A stretch of 57,675 nt of DNA, from positions 1-57,675 of the forward strand of contig JACQTK010000024.1 in the NCBI GenBank assembly GCA_016210845.1, written 5' to 3'. The position numbers and the translations under genes were made by a program. Within the stretch, counting starts at the first letter, position 1; each line of letters starts with the position of its first letter. The notes under the pieces were generated by a model. It saw nothing but the letters and a program-made list of their open reading frames with translations, did no database searches and was not told the origin of the DNA. Positions 38,029-48,262 of this stretch are shown here, in pieces. Origin of the DNA: Acidobacteriota bacterium (GTDB lineage Bacteria; Acidobacteriota; Vicinamibacteria; Vicinamibacterales; UBA2999).

Positions 38029-38904
38029 TTGACGGCGGGCCCTGTTCTCGTGGTCGGCGCAGCCGGGCGGCTCGGCGCCGCGCTCGCTCGTGCCTTCGCC
38101 GACCGCGACGTCGTCTGCCACACCCGCGACTCGCTCGACATCACCGATCCGGACGCCGTGCGCCGCACCGTCGCCGCGGCGGCGCCCGGTGCGATTCTCA
38201 ACTGCGCCGCCTTCAACGACGTCGACGGCGCCGAGGAGCGGGCGGCCGATGCGCTGGCGGTCAACGCCCTGGCCGTGCGCGGCCTGGCGCGTGCGGCGGA
38301 GACGTGCAGCGCCGCGCTCGTGCACTTCGGCACCGACTTCGTGTTCGACGGCACCGCCACCGCGCCGTACGACGAGGAGGCGGCGCCGTCGCCTCGCGGC
38401 ACGTACGCGCTCACCAAGCTGATCGGCGAGTGGTTCGCGCTCGACGCGCCAGGGAGCTTCGTGCTTCGCGTGGAGAGCCTGTTCGGCGCGGTCCCTGGCT
38501 GGAGGGGACGTCGGAGCACTCTGGAGGGGATCGTCGAGGGCCTCGAACAGCATCGGGAGGTGAAGGTGTTCACCGATCGTGTCGTCTCGCCGAGCTACGT
38601 GGAAGATGTGGCGCGCGCCGCGAGACACCTGCTCGACAGCAGGGCCCAGCCAGGCGTGTATCACTGCGTGAATTCCGGCCAGGCGACGTGGTACGAGGTG
38701 GCGCAGGAAGCCGCCAGGCTGCTCGGCATCAGGGCGAGCGTGCAGCCCATCACCCTGGACCAGATGCCGCTGAAGGCGCCGCGTCCGCGTTTCTGTGCGC
38801 TGGCCAACCGGAAGCTGGCAGAGGCGGGCTTCACGATGCCTTCCTGGCAGGACGCGCTGCGGCGATGCCTCGAAAGCCGGACGTCGCGACGCCATATACA
38901 ATGA
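38029..38904 (+). CDS. rfbD: dTDP-4-dehydrorhamnose reductase family
   Basis: GAAGRLG, NCAAFNDVD, TDFVFDG, YALTK, PRP; candidate extended -10 TGgTACGAT at 38013-38021. Confidence 0.85.
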   Translation: MTAGPVLVVGAAGRLGAALARAFADRDVVCHTRDSLDITDPDAVRRTVAAAAPGAILNCAAFNDVDGAEERAADALAVNALAVRGLARAAETCSAALVHFGTDFVFDGTATAPYDEEAAPSPRGTYALTKLIGEWFALDAPGSFVLRVESLFGAVPGWRGRRSTLEGIVEGLEQHREVKVFTDRVVSPSYVEDVARAARHLLDSRAQPGVYHCVNSGQATWYEVAQEAARLLGIRASVQPITLDQMPLKAPRPRFCALANRKLAEAGFTMPSWQDALRRCLESRTSRRHIQ

Positions 38905-39903
<999 letters not shown>

Positions 39904-39914
39904 GGGAGGCCACC

Positions 39915-41207
39915 GTGACGCTGAAAGACAGGATTCGCGAGCGTCGGGCACGGGTCGGCGTCATCGGCCTCGGCTACGTCGGGCTGCCCCTGGCCGTGGA
40001 GTTTGCGAAGGAAGGCTTCGACGTCATGGGCTTCGACGTCGACGGTTCAAAGGTCGACCACATCAACGCGGGCCGCAGCTACGTCGGCGACGTCACGACG
40101 GAGGACGTGGCCCGCGTGGTCGAGGCGGGGCGGTTGCGAGCCACGACCGAGATGTCGCAGCTCCGCGACATGGACGCGATCGACATCTGCGTGCCGACGC
40201 CGCTCCGCAAGACCAAGGATCCCGACCTCTCCTACGTCGTCCAGGCCGTCGACGCGGTGAAGGCGCACCTCAGGCCCGCGCAACTCGTCATTCTGGAGTC
40301 CACCACGTATCCAGGGACGACGGACGAAGTGGTGCAGCCCGCGCTGGAAGAGCAGGGCCTCAAGGCGGGAGCCGACTTCTACCTTGCGTTCTCGCCAGAG
40401 CGCGTCGATCCGGGCAACCCGATGTACAGCACGCGCACCATTCCCAAGGTGGTCGGCGGCGTCGATGCCGTGAGCACGGAGCTGGCGTCGGACCTCTACC
40501 GGTCGATCATCGAGACCGTGGTGCCCGTCAGCTCGACGCAGGTGGCCGAGATGGTCAAGCTGCTCGAGAACACGTTCCGCGCGGTGAACATCGGCCTCGT
40601 CAACGAGATTGCGCTGATGTCGCATCGCATGAACATCGACGTCTGGGAGGTGATCGACGCGGCGAGCACGAAGCCCTTCGGCTTCATGCCGTTCTATCCG
40701 GGCCCCGGACTCGGCGGCCACTGCATCCCCATCGATCCGTTCTACCTGTCGTGGAAGGCCCGGCAGAACGGATTCGAGTGCCGCTTCATCGAGCTGGCCG
40801 GACACGTGAACGGATCGATGCCGACCTTCGTGGTGGAGCGCATCGGCGAGGCGCTCAACACCGTCAGGAAGGCCATCAACGGCTCGCGGATTCACACGTT
40901 CGGCGTCGCGTACAAGAAAGACGTGGGCGACATGCGCGAGTCGCCCGCGCTCGACGTCCTCGAACTGCTGCACCGGCGCGGCGCCGTGCTCAGCTACACG
41001 GATCCCTACGTGCCGCGGCTCCAGCACGGCGACATCAACCTCTGTTCGGTGTCGGAGGATCAGGCGGGCGACGGCGTCGATTGCGCCGTGATCTGCACCA
41101 ATCACAGGGCGTTCGACTATCCGGCGATCGTGCGCCGCTACCCGCTGATCGTCGACACGCGCAACGCGCTGAAGGGCCTCCAGGCGCCGCACGTGTTCCG
41201 GCTGTGA
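39915..41207 (+). CDS. Nucleotide-sugar dehydrogenase (UDP-GlcNAc/ManNAc 6-dehydrogenase family)
   Basis: GLGYVGLP, CVPTP, ESTTYPG, SPER, GGHCIP, RESP; GGAGG RBS before GTG. Confidence 0.92.
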   Translation: MTLKDRIRERRARVGVIGLGYVGLPLAVEFAKEGFDVMGFDVDGSKVDHINAGRSYVGDVTTEDVARVVEAGRLRATTEMSQLRDMDAIDICVPTPLRKTKDPDLSYVVQAVDAVKAHLRPAQLVILESTTYPGTTDEVVQPALEEQGLKAGADFYLAFSPERVDPGNPMYSTRTIPKVVGGVDAVSTELASDLYRSIIETVVPVSSTQVAEMVKLLENTFRAVNIGLVNEIALMSHRMNIDVWEVIDAASTKPFGFMPFYPGPGLGGHCIPIDPFYLSWKARQNGFECRFIELAGHVNGSMPTFVVERIGEALNTVRKAINGSRIHTFGVAYKKDVGDMRESPALDVLELLHRRGAVLSYTDPYVPRLQHGDINLCSVSEDQAGDGVDCAVICTNHRAFDYPAIVRRYPLIVDTRNALKGLQAPHVFRL

Positions 41208-41225
41208 TAGCGCAGCGCCGCGCGG

Positions 41226-41348
41226 GATCGCGGCGGCTGATGCCGCCCGACCGCGGCGGCTGATGCCGCCCGACCGCGGCGGCTAAAGCCGCCGCTCTAC
41301 AGGGGATAATTTTCCACCTGTAGAGCGCACGCTTCAGCGTGCGCGATC
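41226..41348. repeat. GTAG-type REP doublet with 23-bp tandem partial copies, between convergent genes
   Basis: GAYCGCGGCGGCTGATGCCGCCC x2, ..GCTAAAGCCGCCGCTCTAC; GTAGAGCGCACGCTTCAGCGTGCGCGATC. Confidence 0.8.
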
Positions 41349-43261
41349 TATCGCAGCGGGATCCATTCGATCCTTCCCTCGCCCCCTACCATCACCGCGA
41401 TGGGGCGTTCGGCGGTTCGCCGGCCGAGCGGGACCTCCTCGGTCCAGAACTGATTGACGCGGAGATCGACTCGGCGAAAGGGCGTGGAGGCGGCCTCTCG
41501 AATCGCCACGTCGTAGGCCACCCACCGGCCGCTCGTCACTTCCCGCCGATCCACGACTCGTCCGGCCACGGCAGTCTCGACGATCAGGGTCCGCACCGCC
41601 GGGCGATCGGGCGCACGCAGCCTCAGCCTGAGGAACCCTATCCCGTCCTGGATGTACGTCACGCCGTGACGCACCATCCAGCGGTACCGGGTGCCATCCG
41701 TGGCGGTGTCCGGCTGGTGAAAGCCTCGTTCCGGCGGCGGCGCGGCCGTGCGCGCATAGGCCGCCACGCCCTGGCCGACGCCGGCCAGGAGCAGCACGAT
41801 GGCTGCGACGGCAACGGGTCGGCGAAGGGCTGACGCGTCGGCGTCGGCACCGCCGCGGCCCGCCGCGACACCGAACGCCGCCCAGAAAGGGATCGCAGCT
41901 TCGGAGACGAGGAGGGGATGCCCGGTGAAACACGTCAGGAGGTACCCGAAGGTGCCAGCGAACAGGCCCATCAGAACACCGCGGTCCTTCGCTGTTCCCG
42001 TCCTGTCGCCTATCCAGCCCCGCCAGACGCACGCGCCCACGAGCCAGAGGAACAACGACCCGCCGACCACCCCGAGCTCGGCGAACTGCTGCGCGAAGTA
42101 GTTGTGGGCGTTCTCGTTGCCGTAGATCGCGCGCAGCCGGTCGGACATGAATTCCGACGATCGATCGAAATACCGGCCGATGCCCACGCCGTAGACCGGC
42201 GCCGACGCGAACATCCGCGCCGTGGTCGCCGAGAACTGGGATCGCAGGTTGACAGCCTGCCCCGCACTGCCCTGGACGTCGGTGCGCCAGTCGGCCATGA
42301 GGACCCCGGCCAGCAGCACCGCCACGAGCACCGAGGCCGCCGCGGCGATCTGAGCGCGAGTTGGCCTCCAGTCGATCTGGGCGGCTCCGAGCAGGAGCAG
42401 CCCGCCCAGGAACGCGACCGTCGACGAACGCGATCCGGTCAGCCAGACTGCAGGCAACATCACCAGAAGGAGTGTGATCCACCGTACACGACGGTCGGGA
42501 TCGAACAGCGTCAGCCCCGCAGCCGTCAGCCCCGCCAGCACGTACAGCGACCCCGCCGCGTTCAGGTCGGTCAGGTGCAGGCTGAAGCGTTCGCCCTGCA
42601 CGTAGCGTCCCAGGTACCACGCGCCGAACTCCACCTCCGACCACTGTCTGGCGACATCGAGCAGCGTGGCGAGCGCCAGCAGCGCCATCGAGACGACGAT
42701 CGTCCACGCCACCGCGCGGGCGATTCCCGCGTCGGTTCGCGTGATGCCCACGGCCGCCAGCAGCAGCGACACTCCGGTGAGGCTCTGAAGCAGCGTCCAC
42801 GTTTCGGGCTCCGGGCTGGAGAAGATCAGGTGATCTGGCGGAATGGAATGCCACGCCAGAAGGGGCAGGGCACCGGGCGGGACACCGCCCGCGCCACCGA
42901 TGGTGAGCGAGAGCCATGATGCGAGGGCGGCAGCTCCGTACAGCGCTGCAGGGATGGTGATGACGCGCGGCCACGAGCTCGAGAGGGGGTGCCAGAGACG
43001 CAGCAGCCAGGCCGCGATGAACGTCCAGGCGAAGAGCTCGGCGATGCGCGCGGGAGCCGGGGCGAGCAGCGCGCCCGTCGGGGCGAGCGCTGCGACGAGG
43101 AGCAGTCCCGCCCCGGGCCTCCAAAGCGTGAGCACGAGGATGGCTGAGGTCGCCACCGCACACCCGCGCGGCAGCTCGGGTGCGGCGGCGGCCAGCGCGA
43201 CGGGCCAGGCGAGCGCCGCGCCGAGCCCCAGCCGAATCGCAACAGTCAGGGCGCTTTTCAC
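41348..43261 (-). CDS. O-antigen ligase / Wzy-like membrane protein
   Basis: Many TM segments; TGSRS, PVYGVGIG, NAHNYFAQQFAELGVVG; start placed at GTG 43261, downstream of the repeat. Confidence 0.8.
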   Translation of the reverse strand: MKSALTVAIRLGLGAALAWPVALAAAAPELPRGCAVATSAILVLTLWRPGAGLLLVAALAPTGALLAPAPARIAELFAWTFIAAWLLRLWHPLSSSWPRVITIPAALYGAAALASWLSLTIGGAGGVPPGALPLLAWHSIPPDHLIFSSPEPETWTLLQSLTGVSLLLAAVGITRTDAGIARAVAWTIVVSMALLALATLLDVARQWSEVEFGAWYLGRYVQGERFSLHLTDLNAAGSLYVLAGLTAAGLTLFDPDRRVRWITLLLVMLPAVWLTGSRSSTVAFLGGLLLLGAAQIDWRPTRAQIAAAASVLVAVLLAGVLMADWRTDVQGSAGQAVNLRSQFSATTARMFASAPVYGVGIGRYFDRSSEFMSDRLRAIYGNENAHNYFAQQFAELGVVGGSLFLWLVGACVWRGWIGDRTGTAKDRGVLMGLFAGTFGYLLTCFTGHPLLVSEAAIPFWAAFGVAAGRGGADADASALRRPVAVAAIVLLLAGVGQGVAAYARTAAPPPERGFHQPDTATDGTRYRWMVRHGVTYIQDGIGFLRLRLRAPDRPAVRTLIVETAVAGRVVDRREVTSGRWVAYDVAIREAASTPFRRVDLRVNQFWTEEVPLGRRTAERPIAVMVGGEGRIEWIPLR

Positions 43262-43268
43262 ATCAACG

Positions 43269-43339
43269 GGCCACAGAGTCACAGAGACACAGAGTGGAGA
43301 CAAGAGGATTTGCCTCTGTGACTCTGAGTCTCTGTGGCC
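43269..43339. repeat. Inverted 8-mer array (CACAGAGW)n/(CTCTGTG)n
   Basis: GGCCACAGAGTCACAGAGACACAGAG..CTCTGTGACTCTGAGTCTCTGTGGCC. Confidence 0.7.
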
Positions 43340-43364
43340 TGTAGGGGTGAAAGACGCATCAGCG

Positions 43365-44675
43365 TCACGGGCGGCGGCCGATGGCCGCGTAATCGAGCCA
43401 CGTGAACAGCAGCCGGTTGAGCCGCTCCATGTTGGCGTTCAGCGTCTCGACCGAATCGCCCAGCGCGGCGTGTGGAGGGATCGGCTGCAGCTTGTCGTGC
43501 TCGGGATAGGGCGCCCGGTACCGGATCTCGACGCGCTGGAAGCCCGCCGCCACGAGCAGATACTCGAGCGTGTCCGGATGGATCGCGCGCTCGTGCGTCA
43601 GGTCGCGCAGATAGCTCTCGAAGAACGCGAACCAGCACCCGGGGTTGATGGTCTCGAGGACGATGGGCGCGGCGGGGCGGAGTTTGTGAAAGGCGGTGTC
43701 GAGCAGGGCCGCGAGATAGCGCGGCTCGAGGTGCTCGACGACCTGCGCCGCGAACAGCCCGCCGAGCGATCCGTCCGGCTGCGCCCGCAGGTACGTCAGG
43801 GCGTCGGCCTCCGTGGCCTCGAGACCGTCCTGGCGGCAGACGTCGACCATCGCGGCGTTGACATCGATGCCCCGGGCATTGATGCCGTGCTCGCGGAGCT
43901 GCGCGAGAAACTCGCCGCGGCCGCAGCCGACGTCGAGGACGTCGCTGGCGCCCTGGAACCACGGCAAGTACTCGGCCACGCGGCGCCGAATGTCCTCTCG
44001 CGACCCGCGGAACTGGTCCTCGAAGCCGACGTAGACGTGACTGTCGAGCTGCGGTGACGGAGACACGGAAGGCGCCGCCGCGCCAGCCGCCACAGCCGTC
44101 GGCTCGCGTGCGCTCGGCACGCCGCTCTCCGCGAGCCGCGCGACCTCGCGCTTCAGGCTCTGGGCCGCCTGCTGCAGCACGCCAATCGAGGTGCGCAGCT
44201 CCTCGTGCGAGGCCACGAGTGAAGCCACGGCGGCGTCGCTGCGGCGCTCGCGTGCGGCACTCGCCTGCTGGTGGCGCCGCAGATCGTCGACTGCCGCCTC
44301 CAGGCGCGCGGTCGCGGTCTCCAGCGAGGTGTGCAGCGCGGTATGTGCTTCGCGCAGCGTGTCCTCGACCCGCTCGATCGTCTGCCTCGTCCATTCGATC
44401 GTCTGCCTCGTCCATTCGATGGTCTGGACGCTGGCATGATGCGCCTCGATGCCGATCGCGGCGTTCCGGTTGATGTGATCGACGAGGGCCGCGTTGAACT
44501 GCTGCTGGCGGAACAGGATGCGCGCCAGGAAGGTCCGCAGGCGGTCCGCCAGCCGGCCGCGCCAGCCGTCGGACGCCGCGGGAACCGACAGGTCGTACAG
44601 CGTGTTGAGACGTTCGATCTGGTGACGATCGGGAGGGGGAATGGGTGCCGGACGCGGCGGCGAGGGCTCACTCAT
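43365..44675 (-). CDS. Coiled-coil + class I SAM methyltransferase (polysaccharide-associated)
   Basis: QQQFNAAL, heptad-rich middle, FEDQFRGS, LDVGCGRGE, QVVEHL, DLTH. Confidence 0.8.
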   Translation of the reverse strand: MSEPSPPRPAPIPPPDRHQIERLNTLYDLSVPAASDGWRGRLADRLRTFLARILFRQQQFNAALVDHINRNAAIGIEAHHASVQTIEWTRQTIEWTRQTIERVEDTLREAHTALHTSLETATARLEAAVDDLRRHQQASAARERRSDAAVASLVASHEELRTSIGVLQQAAQSLKREVARLAESGVPSAREPTAVAAGAAAPSVSPSPQLDSHVYVGFEDQFRGSREDIRRRVAEYLPWFQGASDVLDVGCGRGEFLAQLREHGINARGIDVNAAMVDVCRQDGLEATEADALTYLRAQPDGSLGGLFAAQVVEHLEPRYLAALLDTAFHKLRPAAPIVLETINPGCWFAFFESYLRDLTHERAIHPDTLEYLLVAAGFQRVEIRYRAPYPEHDKLQPIPPHAALGDSVETLNANMERLNRLLFTWLDYAAIGRRP

Positions 44676-44684
44676 CGAGTGGAC

Positions 44685-45464
44685 TCAGCGTCCGACCATC
44701 CCTTCGATCGGGCTGCTGGCCGTGGCGTACATCTTGCGCGGAATCCGTCCCGCCAGGCAGGCCAGGCGTCCGGCGATCACCGCATGCTTCATGGCCTCCG
44801 CCATGGCCACCGGCTCCTGCGCGCCAGCGATCGCCGTGTTCATCAACACCCCGTCGGCGCCGAGCTCCATGGCGAGCGCCGCATCCGACGCGGTTCCCAC
44901 GCCTGCATCCACGATCATCGGCACCAGAGAGAACTCGCGGATGATCCGGATGTTGTTCGCGTTCTGGACGCCGAGCCCGGAGCCGATCGGCGCGGCCAGC
45001 GGCATCACCGCCGAGGCGCCCGCGTCCTCGAGCTTGCGGCAGACCACCGGATCGTCGTTGGTGTAGGGCAGCACCACGAAGCCGTCGCGCACCAGGACGC
45101 GCGTGGCCTCGACGAGCGCCTCGTTGTCGGGAAACAGCGTCCGCTCGTCGCCGATGACTTCCAGCTTGACCCAGTTCGAGAGTCCGGCCTCGCGCCCCAG
45201 GTGCGCCGTCCGGATGGCTTCGTCGGCCGTGTAGCAGCCGGCCGTGTTGGGAAGGATGAAGATGCGGCTGGTGTCAATGTAGTCGAGCAGCGACTCGCGC
45301 GACCTGTCCGAGATGTTGACGCGCCGCACGGCGACCGTGACCATGTCGGCGCCCGAGGCCGCATGCGCCTGCGCCATGACGGCATGCGACGAGTACTTGC
45401 CGGTGCCTACGATGAGCCGCGACCGGAACGTCCGGCCGGCGATGACGAACGGTGTGTCAGTCAT
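44685..45464 (-). CDS. thiG: Thiazole synthase
   Basis: [44 protein letters not shown]. Confidence 0.96.
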   Translation of the reverse strand: MTDTPFVIAGRTFRSRLIVGTGKYSSHAVMAQAHAASGADMVTVAVRRVNISDRSRESLLDYIDTSRIFILPNTAGCYTADEAIRTAHLGREAGLSNWVKLEVIGDERTLFPDNEALVEATRVLVRDGFVVLPYTNDDPVVCRKLEDAGASAVMPLAAPIGSGLGVQNANNIRIIREFSLVPMIVDAGVGTASDAALAMELGADGVLMNTAIAGAQEPVAMAEAMKHAVIAGRLACLAGRIPRKMYATASSPIEGMVGR

Positions 45465-45508
45465 ACACGGAAAGGGTTCACGAATCCCCGGTCACGACGC
45501 GCACGCGA

Positions 45509-45709
45509 TCAACCGCCGCCGACGAAGTTCACGATCTCGATTCGGTCGCCCTCGTGCACGAGCGTGTCGGCGAACAGGGGCCGCTTGAGAATCGTCAGGT
45601 TGTGCTCGACGGCCACCCGACGCGGATCGATAGCCAGCTTCGTCAGCAAGTCGGCCACTGTCAGCGGCTCGTCGAGCTCGTACGGCTCGCCGTTGAGCGT
45701 GATGAACAC
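45509..45709 (-). CDS. thiS: Sulfur carrier protein ThiS
   Basis: 66 aa, LNGE, VAVEHN, C-terminal FVGGG; adjacent to thiG. Confidence 0.95.
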   Translation of the reverse strand: MFITLNGEPYELDEPLTVADLLTKLAIDPRRVAVEHNLTILKRPLFADTLVHEGDRIEIVNFVGGG

Positions 45710-45734
45710 GTCAAAGCCAGGGCCCTGGGGCCTT

Positions 45735-45744
45735 TGTTATGATA
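45735..45744. promoter_or_regulatory. Overlapping divergent -10 boxes (TGtTATGAT on +, TATCAT on -)
   Basis: Only AT-rich patch in the 47-bp gap between the divergent thiS and egtB-like starts. Confidence 0.45.
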
Positions 45745-45756
45745 CGCGTTTCCCCG

Positions 45757-47097
45757 ATGCCGATCGACCGCACCGCCGTCCTCGGCCGCTTCCGGCGCAT
45801 GCGCGCGCGCACCCGGGCCCTGTTCGACCTCCTCGAACCGGCCGCGTACTACGAGCGCCCGATCGCACTGCGGAACCCCATCGTCTTCTATGAGGGGCAC
45901 GTCTCGGCGTTTGCCGTGAACACGCTGGTCAAGAAGGCGCTGGGCCTGCCCGGAATCGACGACCACCTCGAAGCGATCTTCGCGCGCGGCATCGATCCCG
46001 AGGCCGAGGCGGACGCGGTGGCCCGCGGCAACCCCGTGTGGCCGCCGCGCGAGGCCGTGCGCGCCTATACCGGGGCGGCCGACCGGCTGCTGGAGCGGGC
46101 GATCGCGGAAGCGGATGTGGAAGGGACGGCGGGGCGCCACGGGGACGCAGCGATGTTGGGCGGCGCACAGGCCCTCTGGGCCATTCTGGAGCACGAAGAG
46201 ATGCACCAGGAAACGCTCGCGTACATGTGGCACCGGGTGCCGTATGCCTTGAAGCGGAAGCCGGAGTCATACTTCACGACGCCGCCGCGGTTGACCCATG
46301 GCGCACCGCGCCCGGAGCGGGCGAGGATTCCGGGCGGCCGCGTGACGCTGGGCACGGCCGGCGACGCAGACTTCGCGTGGGACAATGAGCGGCCTTCGCA
46401 CGACGCCTTCGTCGACGCCTTTGTCATCGACGCCCACAACGTCACCAACGCCGGCTTCATGGCATTCGTCGAGGCGGGTGGGTATCAGGATCCCCACTGG
46501 TGGCGCCCAGAAGACTGGGCCTGGCGCACCGCGGAACGCATCACCCACCCGCCGTTCTGGCAGCACGAGGGCGGCACGTGGTACTGGCGGGGCATGTTCG
46601 AGCGCGTCCCCTTGCCTGCAGCCTGGCCGGTCTACGTCACGTGGGCGGAGGCCCACGCGTTCGCGCGATGGGTCGGACGACGATTGCCGACGGAAGCGGA
46701 GTTTCATCGCGCCGCGTTCGGGACTCCCGAAGGCCGCGAGCGCCGCTTCCCCTGGGGCGAGACGGCCGAGGGGCGTATGCCCGCGAACCTCGACTTCGCG
46801 CGGTGGGATCCGGAGCCCGTCGGCGCCCGTCCCGGGGCGGCGAGCGCGTTTGGCGTGCACGAGCTCGTCGGCAACGGCTGGGAGTGGACGTCCACCGTCT
46901 TTGCGCCGTTTGCGGGCTTCGAGCCCTTGCCGTCCTATCCCGAGTATTCCGCCGACTTCTTCGACGGCGATCATTTCGTCATGAAGGGCGCATCGCCCGC
47001 GACGCCACGGACGCTCGTGCGGCCCGGCTTCCGCAACTGGTTCCGTCCGCGCTATCCGTACGTGTACGCGGCATTTCGATGCGTGGGGGAGGCGTGA
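45757..47097 (+). CDS. egtB: EgtB/OvoA-family non-heme iron sulfoxide synthase (DinB + FGE-sulfatase domains)
   Basis: FYEGH, HEEMHQE (HxxxHxE), RLPTEAE, GNGWEW, RNWF; next to egtD. Confidence 0.75.
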   Translation: MPIDRTAVLGRFRRMRARTRALFDLLEPAAYYERPIALRNPIVFYEGHVSAFAVNTLVKKALGLPGIDDHLEAIFARGIDPEAEADAVARGNPVWPPREAVRAYTGAADRLLERAIAEADVEGTAGRHGDAAMLGGAQALWAILEHEEMHQETLAYMWHRVPYALKRKPESYFTTPPRLTHGAPRPERARIPGGRVTLGTAGDADFAWDNERPSHDAFVDAFVIDAHNVTNAGFMAFVEAGGYQDPHWWRPEDWAWRTAERITHPPFWQHEGGTWYWRGMFERVPLPAAWPVYVTWAEAHAFARWVGRRLPTEAEFHRAAFGTPEGRERRFPWGETAEGRMPANLDFARWDPEPVGARPGAASAFGVHELVGNGWEWTSTVFAPFAGFEPLPSYPEYSADFFDGDHFVMKGASPATPRTLVRPGFRNWFRPRYPYVYAAFRCVGEA

Positions 47098-47194
47098 CGT
47101 GGCGCGAACCCTGCCGGGTTCGCGAGGCGGGCCCGCAGGCGGGGCCCCCGCCGCGCCTGCGCGGCGGGGTGCCGTGGCCCGCCCCACGGCGCTC

Positions 47195-48157
47195 ATGAGC
47201 GTCCCCACCGAGGCGATGCTGCGCGACGCCTTTGCGGCGGACGTGACCGAGTACCTGCGGCGCACGCCGCGACAGCTGCCGTCGAAGTACTTCTACGACG
47301 AGCTCGGCTCGTCGCTCTTCGAAGCCATTGGCCGGCTGCCGTGGTACCGGATCACGCGCGCGGAGTCCGCGCTGCTGGCCCGCCACGCGCGCGAGATCCT
47401 GCGCCCGCTTCCCCATCCAGTCAGCCTCGCCGAGCTCGGATGCGGCAGCGGCGAGAAGCTGGCGATTCTGGTGAGCAGCGCCGTCGATCGTTTTCCGCTG
47501 ATTCAGCTCGTCGACGTCTCGCCGGCGGCGCTCGACACGGCGCGGTACCGGCTGGAGGCGCTGGGCGTCCGTGCGTCGCTCGCGCATCGCGCCACGTACG
47601 AAGACGGTCTGGAGCGGGCGGCCCGCCATCGTCCGGCCGGCGCGTCGCTCCTGGTGCTCTTCCTCGGCTCCAACATCGGCAACTTCGATCCGCCGATGGC
47701 CCGCGACCTGCTCGCCCGGATTCGTCGCGTGCTGCGGCGGGGCGACGCGCTGCTGCTGGGCAGCGACCTGGTGAAGCCCGAGCGCGAACTGCTGCTCGCG
47801 TACGACGACCCGCTCCAGGTGACGGCGGCGTTCAACCGCAATCTCCTGCGGAGGATCAACGACGAGCTGGGCGGCACCTTCGACCTCCAGGGCTTCGCGC
47901 ACCGCGCGACCTGGAACGCCGGCGCGCGCCGCGTGGAGATGCATCTGGTCAGCCGCCTCCGCCAGCACGTGCGCATCGCCGCCGCCGGCTTCGAGCTGAC
48001 GTTCGAGCCGGACGAGACGATCTGGACCGAGAGCTCGTACAAGTACGAGCCGTCCCAGGTGCTGGAGGAAGGCCTCGCCGCGGGGTTCGGCCGCGGCGAG
48101 CAGTGGATCGATCGCAGCGCGCGCTTCGTGCTGACCCGATTCAGCGTCCCAGTGTAG
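47195..48157 (+). CDS. egtD: L-histidine N-alpha-methyltransferase
   Basis: LPSKYFYD, ELGCGS, FLGSNIGNF, AYDD, FNRN, EMHL, TESSYK. Confidence 0.85.
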   Translation: MSVPTEAMLRDAFAADVTEYLRRTPRQLPSKYFYDELGSSLFEAIGRLPWYRITRAESALLARHAREILRPLPHPVSLAELGCGSGEKLAILVSSAVDRFPLIQLVDVSPAALDTARYRLEALGVRASLAHRATYEDGLERAARHRPAGASLLVLFLGSNIGNFDPPMARDLLARIRRVLRRGDALLLGSDLVKPERELLLAYDDPLQVTAAFNRNLLRRINDELGGTFDLQGFAHRATWNAGARRVEMHLVSRLRQHVRIAAAGFELTFEPDETIWTESSYKYEPSQVLEEGLAAGFGRGEQWIDRSARFVLTRFSVPV

Positions 48158-48215
48158 TAGAGCGGGGGCTTCAGCCCCCGCGCAGCCCCCGCGCGGGCTG
48201 AAGCCCGCGCGCTAC
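48157..48215. repeat. GTAG-type REP doublet with GTAG ends outward (REPIN-like)
   Basis: GTAGAGCGGGGGCTTCAGCCCCCGCG..CGCGGGCTGAAGCCCGCGCGCTAC. Confidence 0.75.
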
Positions 48216-48262
48216 AGGCCGACGACGTCAAGGCCGATATCCGATCCGGGATCCCTGTCTCC

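Noticed and set aside
45710-45756. TPP riboswitch upstream of thiS-thiG
   Set aside because: Gap is only 47 bp and lacks the conserved TPP aptamer motifs
45757-47097. Selenoneine synthase SenA
   Set aside because: No SenB glycosyltransferase or SelD/SenC neighbour in the window
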